Assembly (NCBI GenBank): GCA_964391365.1
Contig: CAYMKW010000003.1
Span: forward strand, 10,814 to 74,813
From: an uncultured Microthrixaceae bacterium
GTDB lineage: Bacteria; Actinomycetota; Acidimicrobiia; Acidimicrobiales; Microtrichaceae
DNA: 64,000 nt
Direction: 5' to 3'
The notes below the pieces were generated by a model, which saw nothing but the letters and a program-made list of their open reading frames with translations, did not search any database and was not told the DNA's origin. Positions 8,555 through 20,790 of the stretch are shown here, in pieces (position 1 is the first letter of the stretch; each line of letters opens with the position of its first letter). The position numbers were made by a program, and so were the translations under genes.

Positions 8555-9628
8555 TCAGATCGACCGGTCCGTGGACGTGTCGATCACCCCGAACTCACGG
8601 CTCCCCTCGAAGGTTGCGGCCCGGATGCCACGTCGAGCCAGCTCGTGGAGGATGGGGAGCGGGTCCCCGACGCCGGCGAGCCCAGTGGCCCCGCCGGGCA
8701 GGCGACCGGCGACGGCGAACCCGGCAGCCACCGCCGCCACCGCCGCGGTCGCCACCGACGGCCGGTCGAAGGCGCCGTAGACCACGTCCTGACGCTCGCC
8801 GTCCCGGGTGCCCCGGACCTCGACCCGGATCGCGCCCGGCGCACCCTCGACGGGCGGCCCCACCAGCATCGGCAGTGCGACCGTGACCCGGTCGACGCGT
8901 GACGCGGCCAGTCGCGCCGAAGCCCGCCGGAGCTGCGGGAAGGCGTCGACCAACAGCAGCGGGTCGGCCAGACCTGCCCGGTAGCAGTCGGCCCCGGCGG
9001 TGGGATCGGGGAACCAGACGAGTTCCCGACCGCTGAAGCCCGGCCGCTCCACGTACGCACCGTCCCGCCACTCCACCGCCGGCCCTCGCAGGGCCCGCCG
9101 TCGCTGGCGGGCGCAGGCCGGCCCGCCCGCGCCGGCTCGAGCGATGTGGACCTCGTCGACGGAGTCGAGCAGCCCGGCTCCGTGTCGAGCCAGCAGGCAG
9201 CTCAGGCCCGGCGCCATGGCAGCACCCACGATCAGGGACCGACCGGCCTCACGCGCCAGGCCGTCCAGCGCCAGGAGCGCCCGGACCTCGTCGAGGGAGT
9301 CCGATGTCGAGACCACGTGAGCACCGGCCCGCAGGGCGCGTTCGGCCACGTCGAGTTGCTCACCGGCCTCGCGGGTCACCACCACCACGTCGACATCGTC
9401 GAACGGAGTCGGATCACCCCTCGTCTCGGTGCGGGTCCGGACCGCCGGGCCGAACGCACCCGACAGGTTGGCGAGGCGGTCCACCCGCCGGCCCACGAGG
9501 GTGACGGCATCGACCGTCGGCGTACCGGCCGGCGCAGCGCCGAGCAACTCCCGGACGCAGCGCGCGCCGACGGCACCTGCACCGACGACCACCGCCTCGG
9601 TGCCGCTTCGCCGGCCGGCTGTGTTCAC
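8555..9628 (-). CDS. saccharopine dehydrogenase-like NAD(P)-binding protein
   Basis: The GTG at 9628 follows GAGGAA. A Rossmann motif AVVVGAGAVGARCVREL is present, and the remainder resembles the Sacchrp_dh N- and C-terminal domains. Confidence 0.65.
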   Translation of the reverse strand: MNTAGRRSGTEAVVVGAGAVGARCVRELLGAAPAGTPTVDAVTLVGRRVDRLANLSGAFGPAVRTRTETRGDPTPFDDVDVVVVTREAGEQLDVAERALRAGAHVVSTSDSLDEVRALLALDGLAREAGRSLIVGAAMAPGLSCLLARHGAGLLDSVDEVHIARAGAGGPACARQRRRALRGPAVEWRDGAYVERPGFSGRELVWFPDPTAGADCYRAGLADPLLLVDAFPQLRRASARLAASRVDRVTVALPMLVGPPVEGAPGAIRVEVRGTRDGERQDVVYGAFDRPSVATAAVAAVAAGFAVAGRLPGGATGLAGVGDPLPILHELARRGIRAATFEGSREFGVIDTSTDRSI

Positions 9629-9824
9629 CGGAGTTCCTCGCCGCAGAGCTCCCGCCAACCACCCCGTTCCGGAGCCGTCGGAGAGGCTCCTGCGAGACGA
9701 ACCAGGACCGCACCGGCGATTCCGAAGCACACCGCCAGGATCGCTCGTCGAACTCCGCGCACTCCACGCCTCCCGGGCGATCGGTTCGCACCCGCTCTGC
9801 CGCCGAGCCCGACGGGTGGTTCCG

Positions 9825-9898
<74 letters not shown>

Positions 9899-9980
9899 GT
9901 GACGCCACGGCGGCGACGGAGCCGTCAGAGTAACCGACCGGCCGAGGCGCACCACAAGCCGCCGGACGGCCCGCACGCAG

Positions 9981-10763
9981 TCACATCGGTCGGGCGGTCT
10001 CCTCCTCGATCACCGAGATCCAGACCCCTCCGATGATGTCGCTGATGAGGTTGAACACGAGGGTGGACACGACGATCGCTCCCGCCACACCGAGGTAGCC
10101 GAGCAGGGTCACGAGCGAGAACTGCCGGAAGAGGAACTCTCCGTCGAGCTTCCAGTCCTGGAGCGAGAACGTCGAGTTGACGAACTCCTCGACGCTGGTG
10201 ACCGTCCCGGCATTGCGGGCGACGGTCCACAGGATGACCGACGCGATCATCGTGATGAGCCAGAGCGACAGGGCGACCAGGACGGCCAGCTTGAGCGCCG
10301 ACCAGGGGTCGATGTGCCGGACCAGCCGGCGGACCTTGCGGGCCTCGAAGCGCTGGCGCCGGTAACCCATCACCCGACGGGCATCGGCGCCTCCGTCGGC
10401 TGCGGGGGCGCCGGCTGCAGCGCCGCTCGACGTGGGCGGCCGGGAGGACGAGGCCGCCGTTGGCGACACCGGTCGGGTTGCCGGGCCCGATCCCCCACTA
10501 CTCTGCGCACCCGACCGTGGCCGCGTGCCACTCGCCGGAGTGGTCGCCGCGGAACCGGTCGATGCGGAACCGGTCGATGCGGAGCCACCGGTGGAGCTGC
10601 CGCTCGGCGACCTCCCCGACGGCGTGGCACCACCCCGCTCGGACTCCCCGGCGGCCGGCTGGCGCCGCTGGCGGTCCGGCGAGCCCTTCGAGGGAGCACC
10701 GGAACCCGGTCGAGCACCGCGGGACGGCTCGGACTGGGACCCGGGACTGCTCGGAGTGCTCAC
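9981..10763 (-). CDS. DUF3566-domain membrane protein (Rv0007-like) with Ser/Gly/Thr/Pro-rich N-terminus
   Basis: The C-terminus is RKVRRLVRHIDPWSALKLAVLVALSLWLITMIASVILWTVARNAG...LISDIIGGVWISVIEE. The GTG at 10763 overlaps the TGA of the upstream gene (GTGA). The longer track ORF reaching 11348 runs into gyrA. Confidence 0.75.
   Translation of the reverse strand: MSTPSSPGSQSEPSRGARPGSGAPSKGSPDRQRRQPAAGESERGGATPSGRSPSGSSTGGSASTGSASTGSAATTPASGTRPRSGAQSSGGSGPATRPVSPTAASSSRPPTSSGAAAGAPAADGGADARRVMGYRRQRFEARKVRRLVRHIDPWSALKLAVLVALSLWLITMIASVILWTVARNAGTVTSVEEFVNSTFSLQDWKLDGEFLFRQFSLVTLLGYLGVAGAIVVSTLVFNLISDIIGGVWISVIEEETARPM
10549..10593. repeat. 15-nt in-frame tandem repeat (2 perfect copies + 1 degenerate) inside the DUF3566 gene
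   Basis: GCGGAACCGGTCGAT occurs at 10549-10563 and 10564-10578, followed by GCGGAGCCACCGGTG. It encodes the (STGSA)n tract. Confidence 0.7.
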
Positions 10764-11161
10764 CCGGGCGAGCCTAGTGAACCCGTGGAGCCCGCCCGCG
10801 TCCCGTCCGTGGTCGCCCACGACGGACCGGCCATCGGTGCCGTTGCCGGTCCCGCCGAGGCCCGACCCGTCCGGCCGGCTGCCCGGACCTCGACGGTCAC
10901 GATGCGGTCCGGGTCCACCCGGAATCCGACGACTTCCGAGCCGTTGGCGCTGGCCACCGAGTCGGCGGCCGCCCGGCCACCGACCACGCCTGCACCGGCG
11001 ACCAGGTCGGCAACCGCGGCGGTACGCGCCGCGGCCCGGAGCTGTCTCGATGTCGCGCTGATCGACACACCCAACGTCGCGGCCAGGAGGGCGGCGACGA
11101 GGACCACCACCATGCTCACCGAGCCCCGCTGCCCGCCGGGCCCGTCGATCCGACCGATCAC
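10760..11161 (-). CDS. TadE-like pseudopilin-type protein (helicase/secretion-neighbourhood Rv3654c-like family by eye)
   Basis: 133 aa: [49 protein letters not shown]...[33 protein letters not shown]. The GTG at 11161 overlaps the gyrA TGA, and its own TGA overlaps the next GTG, so there are GTGA junctions at both ends. Confidence 0.55.
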   Translation of the reverse strand: MIGRIDGPGGQRGSVSMVVVLVAALLAATLGVSISATSRQLRAAARTAAVADLVAGAGVVGGRAAADSVASANGSEVVGFRVDPDRIVTVEVRAAGRTGRASAGPATAPMAGPSWATTDGTRAGSTGSLGSPG

Positions 11162-13830
11162 TCCGGAGCGGTGTCGTCCCCCGGACCGGCGGTGTCGGTC
11201 TCGGGGCCGTCGGCCTCCGGGGTGTCGGGGGCACCATCGGTCGGGACCGGTTGGGCGGCACCGTCGGGACCGTCCTCGGGTGAGGCATCAGGTGAGGCGT
11301 CGGGTGCATCCGCGTCGGAGTCGTCCTCGCCGGCCGGGACCCTGGCAACGGCCGCGACCCGTCCGTCCTCGCCCACGTTCATGACGCGGACCCCGGTGGC
11401 ATCGCGGCCCTGCACCGAGATCTCCGCCGCGGAGGTCCGGATGATCACACCGCCGTCGTTCACCAGCAACAGGTGATCGTCGTCCTCGACGAGCAGGCCC
11501 GTCAGGACCCGTCCCCGTTCGGAACGGATCCGGTGCACCCGCATGCCCTGTCCACCTCGGCCCTGACGGCTCAGGGCGTCCACCGAGGTCCGCTTCCCGA
11601 ACCCGCCGTCGGTCACGGTGAGGATCATCTGTCCGGGGGCGACGGCATCGGCGCCGACGACGTGGTCGCCCTGGGTCAGTCGCATCCCGCGGACCCCGGT
11701 CGTGGCCCGGCCCATCTCCCGCACGTCCGTCTCGGCGAAACGGATCCCCTTGCCCGAGGCGGACACGATCACCACGTCGGAGGAACCGGAGGTGGGGATC
11801 ACCCGGACCAGTTCGTCGTCGTCACGGAGGGCGATCGCGATGAGCCCGGCCCGCAGGGACGAGTCGTAGGCGGTGAACCGGGTCTTCTTGACGGTCCCGT
11901 TCCGGGTGACGAACACCAGGTACCGGTTGGTCTCGTAGTCCCGGGTGTCGATGACGGTCTGGATGACCTCACCCGGGGACAGGTCGAGCAGGTTCACCAG
12001 GGCGATCCCCTGCGCCGTGCGTTCCTTCATGGGAATCCGGTGCGCCTTGAGCCGGTACACCCGTCCCCGGTTCGAGAAGAACAGCAGGTAGGCGTGCGCC
12101 GACGTGTGGATCAGGTCGGTGACGTAGTCCTCGTCCTTGAGTCGGGTGCCCGCCACGCCGACCCCACCCCGCGTCTGGGCCCGGAACGCATCCGCCGCGA
12201 CCGTCTTGATGTAGCCGCGGGCCGTCATGACCACGACGACCTCCTCGTCGTCGATGAGGTCCTCGATCTCCAGGTCACCCTCGTCGATCTCCAGGGTCGA
12301 CCGGCGATCGGTGGCGAACTGCTCGCGGACCTCGCTCAGCTCGGTGACGATGACACCTCGCAGGACCGCCTCGTCACCGAGGATGGCCTCGAGTTCGGCG
12401 ATGGTCGCCCGCAGCTGCGCCATCTCCTCCTCGAGACGCTCACGACCGAGTCGGGTCAGGGTCGAGAGCCGCATGTCGACGATCTCGGTGGCCTGGATCT
12501 CGGAGAACCCGAACGCCTCGGCCTGCAACGCCACCACGGCCGACGCCCGGTCGTCGGACGAGCGGATCGCCACGATGATCTCGTCGATCAGGTCGAGGGC
12601 GCGGAGGAACCCTTCGACGATGTGGGCCCGACGCTGGGCCTTGGCCAGACGGAACTCCGAACGGCGACGGATGACCTCGACCTGGTGCTCGACGTAGTGG
12701 ACGAGGGCGTCCCGGAGCGTGAGGGTGCGCGGCACCCCGTCCACGAGGGCGACCATGTTCACCGGGAACGAGGTCTGCATGGGTGTGTGCTTGAACAGGT
12801 TGTTCAGGACCACGTTGCCCGGAGCGTCCCGCTTCAGCTCGATGATGAACCGGGTCCGTCCCCGCGCACTCTCGTTGCGGAGTTCGCGGATTCCGTCGAG
12901 GACCTTCGAGTTGACCAGTTCCGCGATCTTCTCCTCGATCTGCTCGACCGAGGTCTGGTACGGGACCTCGGTGACCACGATCCGTTCGTTGCGCGGGCCC
13001 TCCTCGATCTCGGCCCGGGCCCTGAGCTTGATCGAGCCGCGACCCGTCCGGAACGCCGAGACCAACCCGGCCCGGCCCATGATCTGGGCCCCGGTCGGGA
13101 AGTCCGGACCCTGCACGAACCCCATGAGGTCATCGACCGTGGCGTCCGGGTTCTCGATCAGGTGCACCGTGGCGTCGATGATCTCGCCCAGGTTGTGCGG
13201 CGGGATGCTGGTCGCCATGCCCACTGCGATCCCCTGGGACCCGTTCACGAGCAGGTTGGGGAACCGGGACGGCATGACCGTGGGTTCCTCGGTGGAGCCG
13301 TCGAAGTTCGCGACGAAGTCGACCGTGTCCTCGTCGATGTCGGCCAGCATCTGCATGGCCAGCGAGGTCAGTCGGCACTCGGTGTACCGGTAGGCGGCCG
13401 GCGGATCCGACGGCGAACCGAAGTTGCCGTGCGGGTCGACCAACGGGTGTCGCAACGAGAAGTCCTGGCCCATCCGGACCAAGGCGTCGTAGACGGCCGA
13501 GTCGCCGTGCGGGTGGTACTTGCCGATCACGTCGCCCACGACGGTGGCGCACTTCCGATGGTTGCGGTCCGGGCGCAGGCCGCCCTCGTGCATGGCCCAG
13601 AGGATCCGGCGGTGCACGGGCTTCAGGCCATCACGCACGTCGGGGAGCGCCCTCGAGACGATGACCGACATGGCGTAGTCGAGGAACGACTGCTCCATCT
13701 CCTGTTGGATCTCGATCGGCTCGATGGATCCGGCCGCGACATCGACGGCGACGTCGGGCCCGACCGGGGGCTGGCCCGTCCCGTCGTCCGGCTCGGTGGG
13801 TGGGATCCCGTCGTTGACTTCGTCGCTCAT
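11158..13830 (-). CDS. gyrA: DNA gyrase subunit A
   Basis: The ATG at 13830 gives MSDEVNDG...[44 protein letters not shown]...[10 protein letters not shown], with an acidic C-terminal tail. The track ORF extension to 14325 overlaps gyrB and is shadow. Confidence 0.95.
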   Translation of the reverse strand: MSDEVNDGIPPTEPDDGTGQPPVGPDVAVDVAAGSIEPIEIQQEMEQSFLDYAMSVIVSRALPDVRDGLKPVHRRILWAMHEGGLRPDRNHRKCATVVGDVIGKYHPHGDSAVYDALVRMGQDFSLRHPLVDPHGNFGSPSDPPAAYRYTECRLTSLAMQMLADIDEDTVDFVANFDGSTEEPTVMPSRFPNLLVNGSQGIAVGMATSIPPHNLGEIIDATVHLIENPDATVDDLMGFVQGPDFPTGAQIMGRAGLVSAFRTGRGSIKLRARAEIEEGPRNERIVVTEVPYQTSVEQIEEKIAELVNSKVLDGIRELRNESARGRTRFIIELKRDAPGNVVLNNLFKHTPMQTSFPVNMVALVDGVPRTLTLRDALVHYVEHQVEVIRRRSEFRLAKAQRRAHIVEGFLRALDLIDEIIVAIRSSDDRASAVVALQAEAFGFSEIQATEIVDMRLSTLTRLGRERLEEEMAQLRATIAELEAILGDEAVLRGVIVTELSEVREQFATDRRSTLEIDEGDLEIEDLIDDEEVVVVMTARGYIKTVAADAFRAQTRGGVGVAGTRLKDEDYVTDLIHTSAHAYLLFFSNRGRVYRLKAHRIPMKERTAQGIALVNLLDLSPGEVIQTVIDTRDYETNRYLVFVTRNGTVKKTRFTAYDSSLRAGLIAIALRDDDELVRVIPTSGSSDVVIVSASGKGIRFAETDVREMGRATTGVRGMRLTQGDHVVGADAVAPGQMILTVTDGGFGKRTSVDALSRQGRGGQGMRVHRIRSERGRVLTGLLVEDDDHLLLVNDGGVIIRTSAAEISVQGRDATGVRVMNVGEDGRVAAVARVPAGEDDSDADAPDASPDASPEDGPDGAAQPVPTDGAPDTPEADGPETDTAGPGDDTAPE

Positions 13831-13907
13831 CGTGCGTCCTGTCGTGAACTGCTGCGTGCGGACCGGGACCAGCGGAACGGCCCGGTGGGGCTCGTGGTCG
13901 TGACCAC

Positions 13908-15935
<2,028 letters not shown>

Positions 15936-16020
15936 TCACCCTAGCACCGGGGACACCCCACTCCGTGCCAGTCCGACCGGGTCTCGGGGCTCGCTCAGAG
16001 GCCCCGGACGGACACCGGAT

Positions 16021-16362
16021 TCACCTCCCGGCGGGGCCCGGCGGGAGCACCCTGACGTCGACCGATCTGACGAGTTCGGGGTCGTCACACAGGTCCCCGA
16101 CGGCGGCACACAGGTCCCGCGACTGCCAACGGAGCTGCTCGCCAACAGCAGGGATCGTCGTCGAGACGACCAACCGCCCGTCACGCAGGCTCTCGACCGA
16201 ACACGAACGGGCGAGACGGGATCCGACCAGCTGCGCCCAGTGCTCGCGAATCGTCTCGAACGAATCCGGTCTGGCGAGACCGAGAGCGAGGCGAACCCGG
16301 TCCAGGGACTCACCGACGGTCCGAACCGGGCGGCGATTGGTCGGGAGCGGTTCGATCGCCAC
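16021..16362 (-). CDS. DUF721-domain protein (Rv0004/DciA-like)
   Basis: The 113-aa ORF lies between recF and gyrB, as in mycobacteria: SLDRVRLALGLARPDSFETIREHWAQLVGSRLARSCSVESLRDGRLVVSTTIPAVGEQLRWQSRDL. Confidence 0.8.
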   Translation of the reverse strand: MAIEPLPTNRRPVRTVGESLDRVRLALGLARPDSFETIREHWAQLVGSRLARSCSVESLRDGRLVVSTTIPAVGEQLRWQSRDLCAAVGDLCDDPELVRSVDVRVLPPGPAGR

Positions 16363-16371
16363 GTTCGGACG

Positions 16372-17475
16372 CTACTCCCGAGTCATGACGGGCACGCCGT
16401 CGACGATTCGCACCACCCCGTCGGCGACGACTCCGGGGGGTGCACCAGTGGCTGACGTGATGAAGGTCTGGCCTGGTGGCAGGACCTCGACCAGAGCGGT
16501 GGCACGGTCCTCGTCGAGTTCGGAGAACACGTCATCCAGGATGAGTACCGGTGCGTCGTCCCGGAGCCGGGTCACCATCTCGTGTCCTGCCAGACGGAGC
16601 GCAAGGGCGAGACACCGCTGCTCGCCCTGTGACGCGTGCGTCCGAGCGGGCAACCCTCCCAGGGAGACCAACAGCTCCGCTCGATGGGGTCCAACCGTGG
16701 TCACACCCCGACGGACATCATCGGTCCGGGCCGTCACCAGCGCATCATGGAGACCGATCCCGGGACTCCAACCACTGCTGAGCACGAGATCAACCATCGC
16801 CCGGGGTGACGTCTCGGGAAGGCCGGCCAGACGGGCGTACAACCCCCTCACGAACGGCTGCAACCTCTGAACCACGTCGGTTCGCCGATCATGCAGATCA
16901 GATCCTGCCGCTGCGGCCTTGGTGTCCCAGACGTCGAGGGTCAGGGCCGCTCCTTCATCCAGCCGACCGTGTGACTGCTTGAGGAGGGAGTTCCGCTGAC
17001 GGAGGGAACGCTCCCAGTCCGACAGGATCTGTTCGTCGATCGGTCGGAGCTGGACCACCAACTCGTCGAGGAAGTCCCGTCGGGCCGAAGGTCCGGACTT
17101 GACGAGATCCAGGTCGTCCGGGCCGAAGATCGTGACCTGCAGGGTCTCCAGGAGTTCGCGACGACGCTGCAGTCGCTGGCGGTTGACCTGCATCCGGACC
17201 CGGCCGCGTTCGGGTACGTCGATCTCGACGAGTTGACGTCGGTCACGGACATCCACCTCCGCCCGGACCGTCGCTCCGTCGGTACCGGCGGTGATGAGCA
17301 CCTCGTTCGACACACCCCGGAACGAACCGGACGTCGAGAGGAATCCGACCGCCTCGACCAGGTTGGTCTTGCCCGAGCCATTGGGACCGACCACGAGGTT
17401 GACCCCTGGTGACCACTCCAGATCCACCTCCCGGTGGGATCGGAAGTTCCGCAACCAGAGCCGGTGCAACTCCAC
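16372..17475 (-). CDS. recF: DNA replication and repair protein RecF
   Basis: MELHRLWLRNFRSHREVDLEWSPGVNLVVGPNGSGKTNLVEAV contains the Walker A motif. ASQGEQRCLALALRLA is the signature motif, and VLILDDVFSELD is Walker B. Confidence 0.95.
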   Translation of the reverse strand: MELHRLWLRNFRSHREVDLEWSPGVNLVVGPNGSGKTNLVEAVGFLSTSGSFRGVSNEVLITAGTDGATVRAEVDVRDRRQLVEIDVPERGRVRMQVNRQRLQRRRELLETLQVTIFGPDDLDLVKSGPSARRDFLDELVVQLRPIDEQILSDWERSLRQRNSLLKQSHGRLDEGAALTLDVWDTKAAAAGSDLHDRRTDVVQRLQPFVRGLYARLAGLPETSPRAMVDLVLSSGWSPGIGLHDALVTARTDDVRRGVTTVGPHRAELLVSLGGLPARTHASQGEQRCLALALRLAGHEMVTRLRDDAPVLILDDVFSELDEDRATALVEVLPPGQTFITSATGAPPGVVADGVVRIVDGVPVMTRE

Positions 17476-17490
17476 CGATACGGCCGCCGA

Positions 17491-18582
17491 TCAGGACACG
17501 CGGACGGGCATCAGCAGGTAGAGGAAGTCCTGGGAGCCGACGGGACGCAGGACGGCGGGCTTCTGCGGGTCGCGGGTCTGGAGGACCACCTCATCGGAAC
17601 CCGCCACCTCGAGCCCGTCCATCAGGTACTCGGGGTTGAACGCCACCACCAGGCTCTCCCCGGTGTAGGAGGCGTCGACCTCCTCGGTCGCTTCGCCGTC
17701 CTCGGCGTTCCGAGCGGTCAGCATCAACCCGTTCTCGGTCATCGAGAGGTGGATGGGGCTGTTGTTCTTGGCCATGAGGCGCACCCGGCGAATCGCGTCC
17801 TGCAGGACCTGTCGATCGACCCGGAGTTCGTTCGGCATCTCCCCTGGGATCAACTTGTCGTAGTCAGGGAAGTCGTCCTTGATGAGCCAGGAGGACAGAT
17901 GGAACCCTCCCACCCGGAACGACACCTGGTTCTCGGCCAGCACGACCTCGACCTCGTCGTCTGACTCCAGCGACCGGGCCAGTTCCTGGAGCGCACGCGA
18001 CGGGACGTTCACGCGTTGGCCTTCGGCGAGCACGGTCGTCCCGGGGAACTCCCGGAAGGCCAAGCGGTAGGAGTCCGTGGACACCATGCGGAGTCCGTCG
18101 GGCTCGGCTGCGAGCAGGACCCCGGTGAGCACCCTCCGGGACTCATCGGTCGATGCCGCTCCGACGACCTGTCGCAGCCCATCGGCGAACTGGGCTCCGG
18201 CAACCGTGACCCGCTCACCCTCGAGTTCCGGAGGGGTGGGGAACTCGTCATGGGGAATCGAGTTGAGCGTGAACTCCGAGCGCCCACCGCTGATCCTCGA
18301 ACGGTCGGGAGCGGTTTCGACCTCCACCGCACCCGGTTCGAGGTTCCGGATGATGTCGGTGACCAGCTTGGCCGGGAGCACGGCGACGCCGTCGTCGGAG
18401 CCGGCAACCTCGAGATCGATGGTGACGGTCAGTTCCAGATCGGAGCCCGTCACCCGGAGTCGATCACCGTGCAGATCGAATCGAAGGCCCGAGAGCACCC
18501 GGAGCTGAGCCTTCGGACTCGCGGCGCGGCCAGCGGCGATCACTGCCTCCACCAGAACGTCTCGTTCGCAGCGGAACTTCAC
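17491..18582 (-). CDS. dnaN: DNA polymerase III beta sliding clamp
   Basis: The GTG at 18582 gives VKFRCERDVLVEAVIAAGRAASPKAQLRVLSGLRFDLHGDRLRVTGSDLELT and the protein ends LLMPVRVS. The track ORF extension to 18786 covers the DnaA-box spacer and encodes an implausible poly-T tract. Confidence 0.9.
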   Translation of the reverse strand: MKFRCERDVLVEAVIAAGRAASPKAQLRVLSGLRFDLHGDRLRVTGSDLELTVTIDLEVAGSDDGVAVLPAKLVTDIIRNLEPGAVEVETAPDRSRISGGRSEFTLNSIPHDEFPTPPELEGERVTVAGAQFADGLRQVVGAASTDESRRVLTGVLLAAEPDGLRMVSTDSYRLAFREFPGTTVLAEGQRVNVPSRALQELARSLESDDEVEVVLAENQVSFRVGGFHLSSWLIKDDFPDYDKLIPGEMPNELRVDRQVLQDAIRRVRLMAKNNSPIHLSMTENGLMLTARNAEDGEATEEVDASYTGESLVVAFNPEYLMDGLEVAGSDEVVLQTRDPQKPAVLRPVGSQDFLYLLMPVRVS

Positions 18583-18843
18583 CTGGGCTCGCTTTCCCCA
18601 CGACTGATGCTGATGTGGTGTGTCACTGGTGGTCGTAGTTGTAGTGCTTGTGGATTGTGGGAAACCTAGCGCAGCCCTGTACCGGCCCGGATCGTGAGTG
18701 CACAGGCTGTCCGCAGCGTCCACAGCTGGGAGGTCCCGGTCCCCGACGACCTGTGGAGCGCCATCGGCCGGAGTGGTGTTCTCCACACGACGTCCCGATC
18801 GCGACCACCCTCCCTTCCCCGTCGCGATCCCTCTCCCACGGGC
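18583..18843. other. candidate oriC (dnaA-dnaN spacer with DnaA boxes and a locally AT-richer stretch)
   Basis: Boxes compared with TT(G/C)TCCACA: TTCTCCACA 18779-18787 (8/9), CTGTCCGCA 18707-18715 and GCGTCCACA 18716-18724 (adjacent), TGTGGAGCG 18752-18760, TGTGGATTG 18649-18657, TGTGGGAAA 18656-18664. An AT-richer segment spans roughly 18603-18668 (tagttgtagtgcttgtggattgtgggaaacctag). Confidence 0.7.
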
Positions 18844-20235
18844 TCACCCGGTGGAGAGGATCTTCTGGATGAGGCTCGTGACGTCCTCGTAGGTCTTGTG
18901 CTTGTCCTTCATCCGGGTCGAGACCTTCTCGTAGGCGTGGATCACCGTGGTGTGGTCCCGACCACCGAATTCCTTGGCGATCTGGGGGTACGACAGGTCG
19001 GTCATCTCGCGGCAGACGTACATCCCGACCTGGCGTGCATGGACCAGGTCGCGAGTACGGCTCTTGGACGTGAGTTGTTCCACGGTGAGACCGAACATGG
19101 CTGCGGTCTCGTCCAGGATCAGCCCGGGCGTGATCATCCGGGGTTTCGTCGAGGCGATGGTGTCGGCGAGGATCTCCCTGGCCAGGTCGACCGTGAGATC
19201 TGTGTCGTTCAGCGTGGCGAATGCGTTGACCCGGATGAGCGCGCCCTCGAGTTCGCGGATGTTGTAGGTGATGTTCGTGGCGATGAAGTCCAGCACCTCC
19301 GGCGGTGCCGTGGATCCTGACTGCTCACCCTTCTTCTGAAGGATCGCGAGCCGGGTCTCGAAGTCGGGTGGTTGGATGTCGGTGATCAGCCCCCACTTGA
19401 ATCGGCTCCGGAGTCGATCCTCGAGTGTGGCGATGGCATCCGGCGGCCGATCCGATGACAGGACGATCTGTCGTTGGTCACCGTGGAGAGTGTTGAACGT
19501 GTGGAAGAACTCCTCCTGGAGCTGTTCCTTGCCTTCGATGAACTGGATGTCATCGACCAGGAGGACGTCGATCTCCCGGTACCTCTGCTTGAACTCCTGT
19601 TGGGTGTTGTTCCGGATCGCCACGAGGAACTCGTTGAGCAACGTCTCCGTGGAGATGTACCGGATGACGTACCCGGGGTAGTTCTGGCGGATGTAGTGGG
19701 CGATGGCCTGCAGGAGATGCGTCTTGCCGAGCCCTGCCTGTCCGTAGATGAACAGTGGGTTGTAGCTGCGGGCCGGCGTCTCGGCCACCGAGAGGGCTGC
19801 GGCGTGGGCGAACCGGTTCGATGGGCCGGTGACGAAACTGTCGAAGGTGAGTTGGTTGCTCGGGAGTTGCCTCGTGTTGTCAGGACCCGTGTTCGTGTCG
19901 GTCTGAACCGACCCGACACCCTGTTCCTCGTCGCCGGCTGTCGGTTCACGATCCGTGTCGATCCGATCGTGGGCCGCATCCTCGATTTCGACCTCGACGA
20001 CGACCTGGATCTCGTGGTGTCCTTGGTCCTCGAGTGCGTCCTCGATCAGCCCAGCGAACTTCCGCTCGATCCGGCTTCGTGCGACCTGACTCGGGACCGT
20101 GATCGTCAGGGTGTCATCAACGAGTCCGTCCACCCGGACATCCTCGAAAAGGGACCGCCAGGTTCCCGGTTGCAGCTGCGCGCTCAGCACGCTCGAGACC
20201 GCACTCCAGATCTCCTCGGCCTCGCTGTTCGGCAC
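18844..20235 (-). CDS. dnaA: chromosomal replication initiator protein DnaA
   Basis: LFIYGQAGLGKTHLLQAIAHY is Walker A. Also seen are LLVDDIQF, VLSSDRPP and the C-terminal DnaA-box-binding helix RDHTTVIHAYEKV. The GTG at 20235 lies 9 nt after GAGGAA and gives VPNSEAEEIWSAV. The track start at 20394 would bury four DnaA boxes in coding sequence. Confidence 0.93.
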   Translation of the reverse strand: MPNSEAEEIWSAVSSVLSAQLQPGTWRSLFEDVRVDGLVDDTLTITVPSQVARSRIERKFAGLIEDALEDQGHHEIQVVVEVEIEDAAHDRIDTDREPTAGDEEQGVGSVQTDTNTGPDNTRQLPSNQLTFDSFVTGPSNRFAHAAALSVAETPARSYNPLFIYGQAGLGKTHLLQAIAHYIRQNYPGYVIRYISTETLLNEFLVAIRNNTQQEFKQRYREIDVLLVDDIQFIEGKEQLQEEFFHTFNTLHGDQRQIVLSSDRPPDAIATLEDRLRSRFKWGLITDIQPPDFETRLAILQKKGEQSGSTAPPEVLDFIATNITYNIRELEGALIRVNAFATLNDTDLTVDLAREILADTIASTKPRMITPGLILDETAAMFGLTVEQLTSKSRTRDLVHARQVGMYVCREMTDLSYPQIAKEFGGRDHTTVIHAYEKVSTRMKDKHKTYEDVTSLIQKILSTG

Positions 20236-20252
20236 CTTCGGTACTTCCTCAG

Positions 20253-20457
20253 TCGTCCACAGGATGTTCCACAGTTGTGGACACACCGATCCGGCCCGCC
20301 CGCACTGTGGAAAACCCAATTCCACCCCGATTTCACGGGGGTTTCGACGGAACCTAACGGCGATCGTGGCAGCTGGCAAACCGGAGTGTTGCACCGGTCA
20401 CATCACCACAAGTGATCGATTTCCCACTTGAAGTGGTGGTTCCTCGAGATGTCCACA
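20253..20457. promoter_or_regulatory. DnaA-box cluster upstream of dnaA (dnaA/rpmH divergent region)
   Basis: Boxes: TCGTCCACA 20253-20261, TGTTCCACA 20265-20273, TGTGGACAC 20276-20284 (an inverted pair with the previous box), TGTGGAAAA 20306-20314 and ATGTCCACA 20449-20457. Confidence 0.6.
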
Positions 20458-20655
20458 GCCGCTCCGATTCCGCAACCAGGAGGCGGATCCAGCCCGTGAT
20501 GCGATGGACTGGCGCCATGGATGCGCCGGACCTAACATCTCGTCGCTCCCCGTCGGTCACCGATCCTGCTGACCAGGCCGACGTCGGAGCAACCGGAGCA
20601 CGGCGGCCAGCCCAGCCTGTGGCACCTGTCCGGCATCATCGAAGCGGAGATCGTC

Positions 20656-20790
20656 GTGAAGCGTACCTACCAGCCGAACAAGCGTCGTCGAGCCCGAAAG
20701 CACGGGTTCCGGCACCGAATGTCCACCCGCGCCGGTCGAGCGATCCTCAAGAACCGGCGCCGCAAGGGGCGGCACCGTCTGTCGGCTTGA
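20656..20790 (+). CDS. rpmH: 50S ribosomal protein L34
   Basis: My translation from GTG 20656 is [44 protein letters not shown] (44 aa). It is too short to appear in the ORF track. Confidence 0.9.
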   Translation: MKRTYQPNKRRRARKHGFRHRMSTRAGRAILKNRRRKGRHRLSA

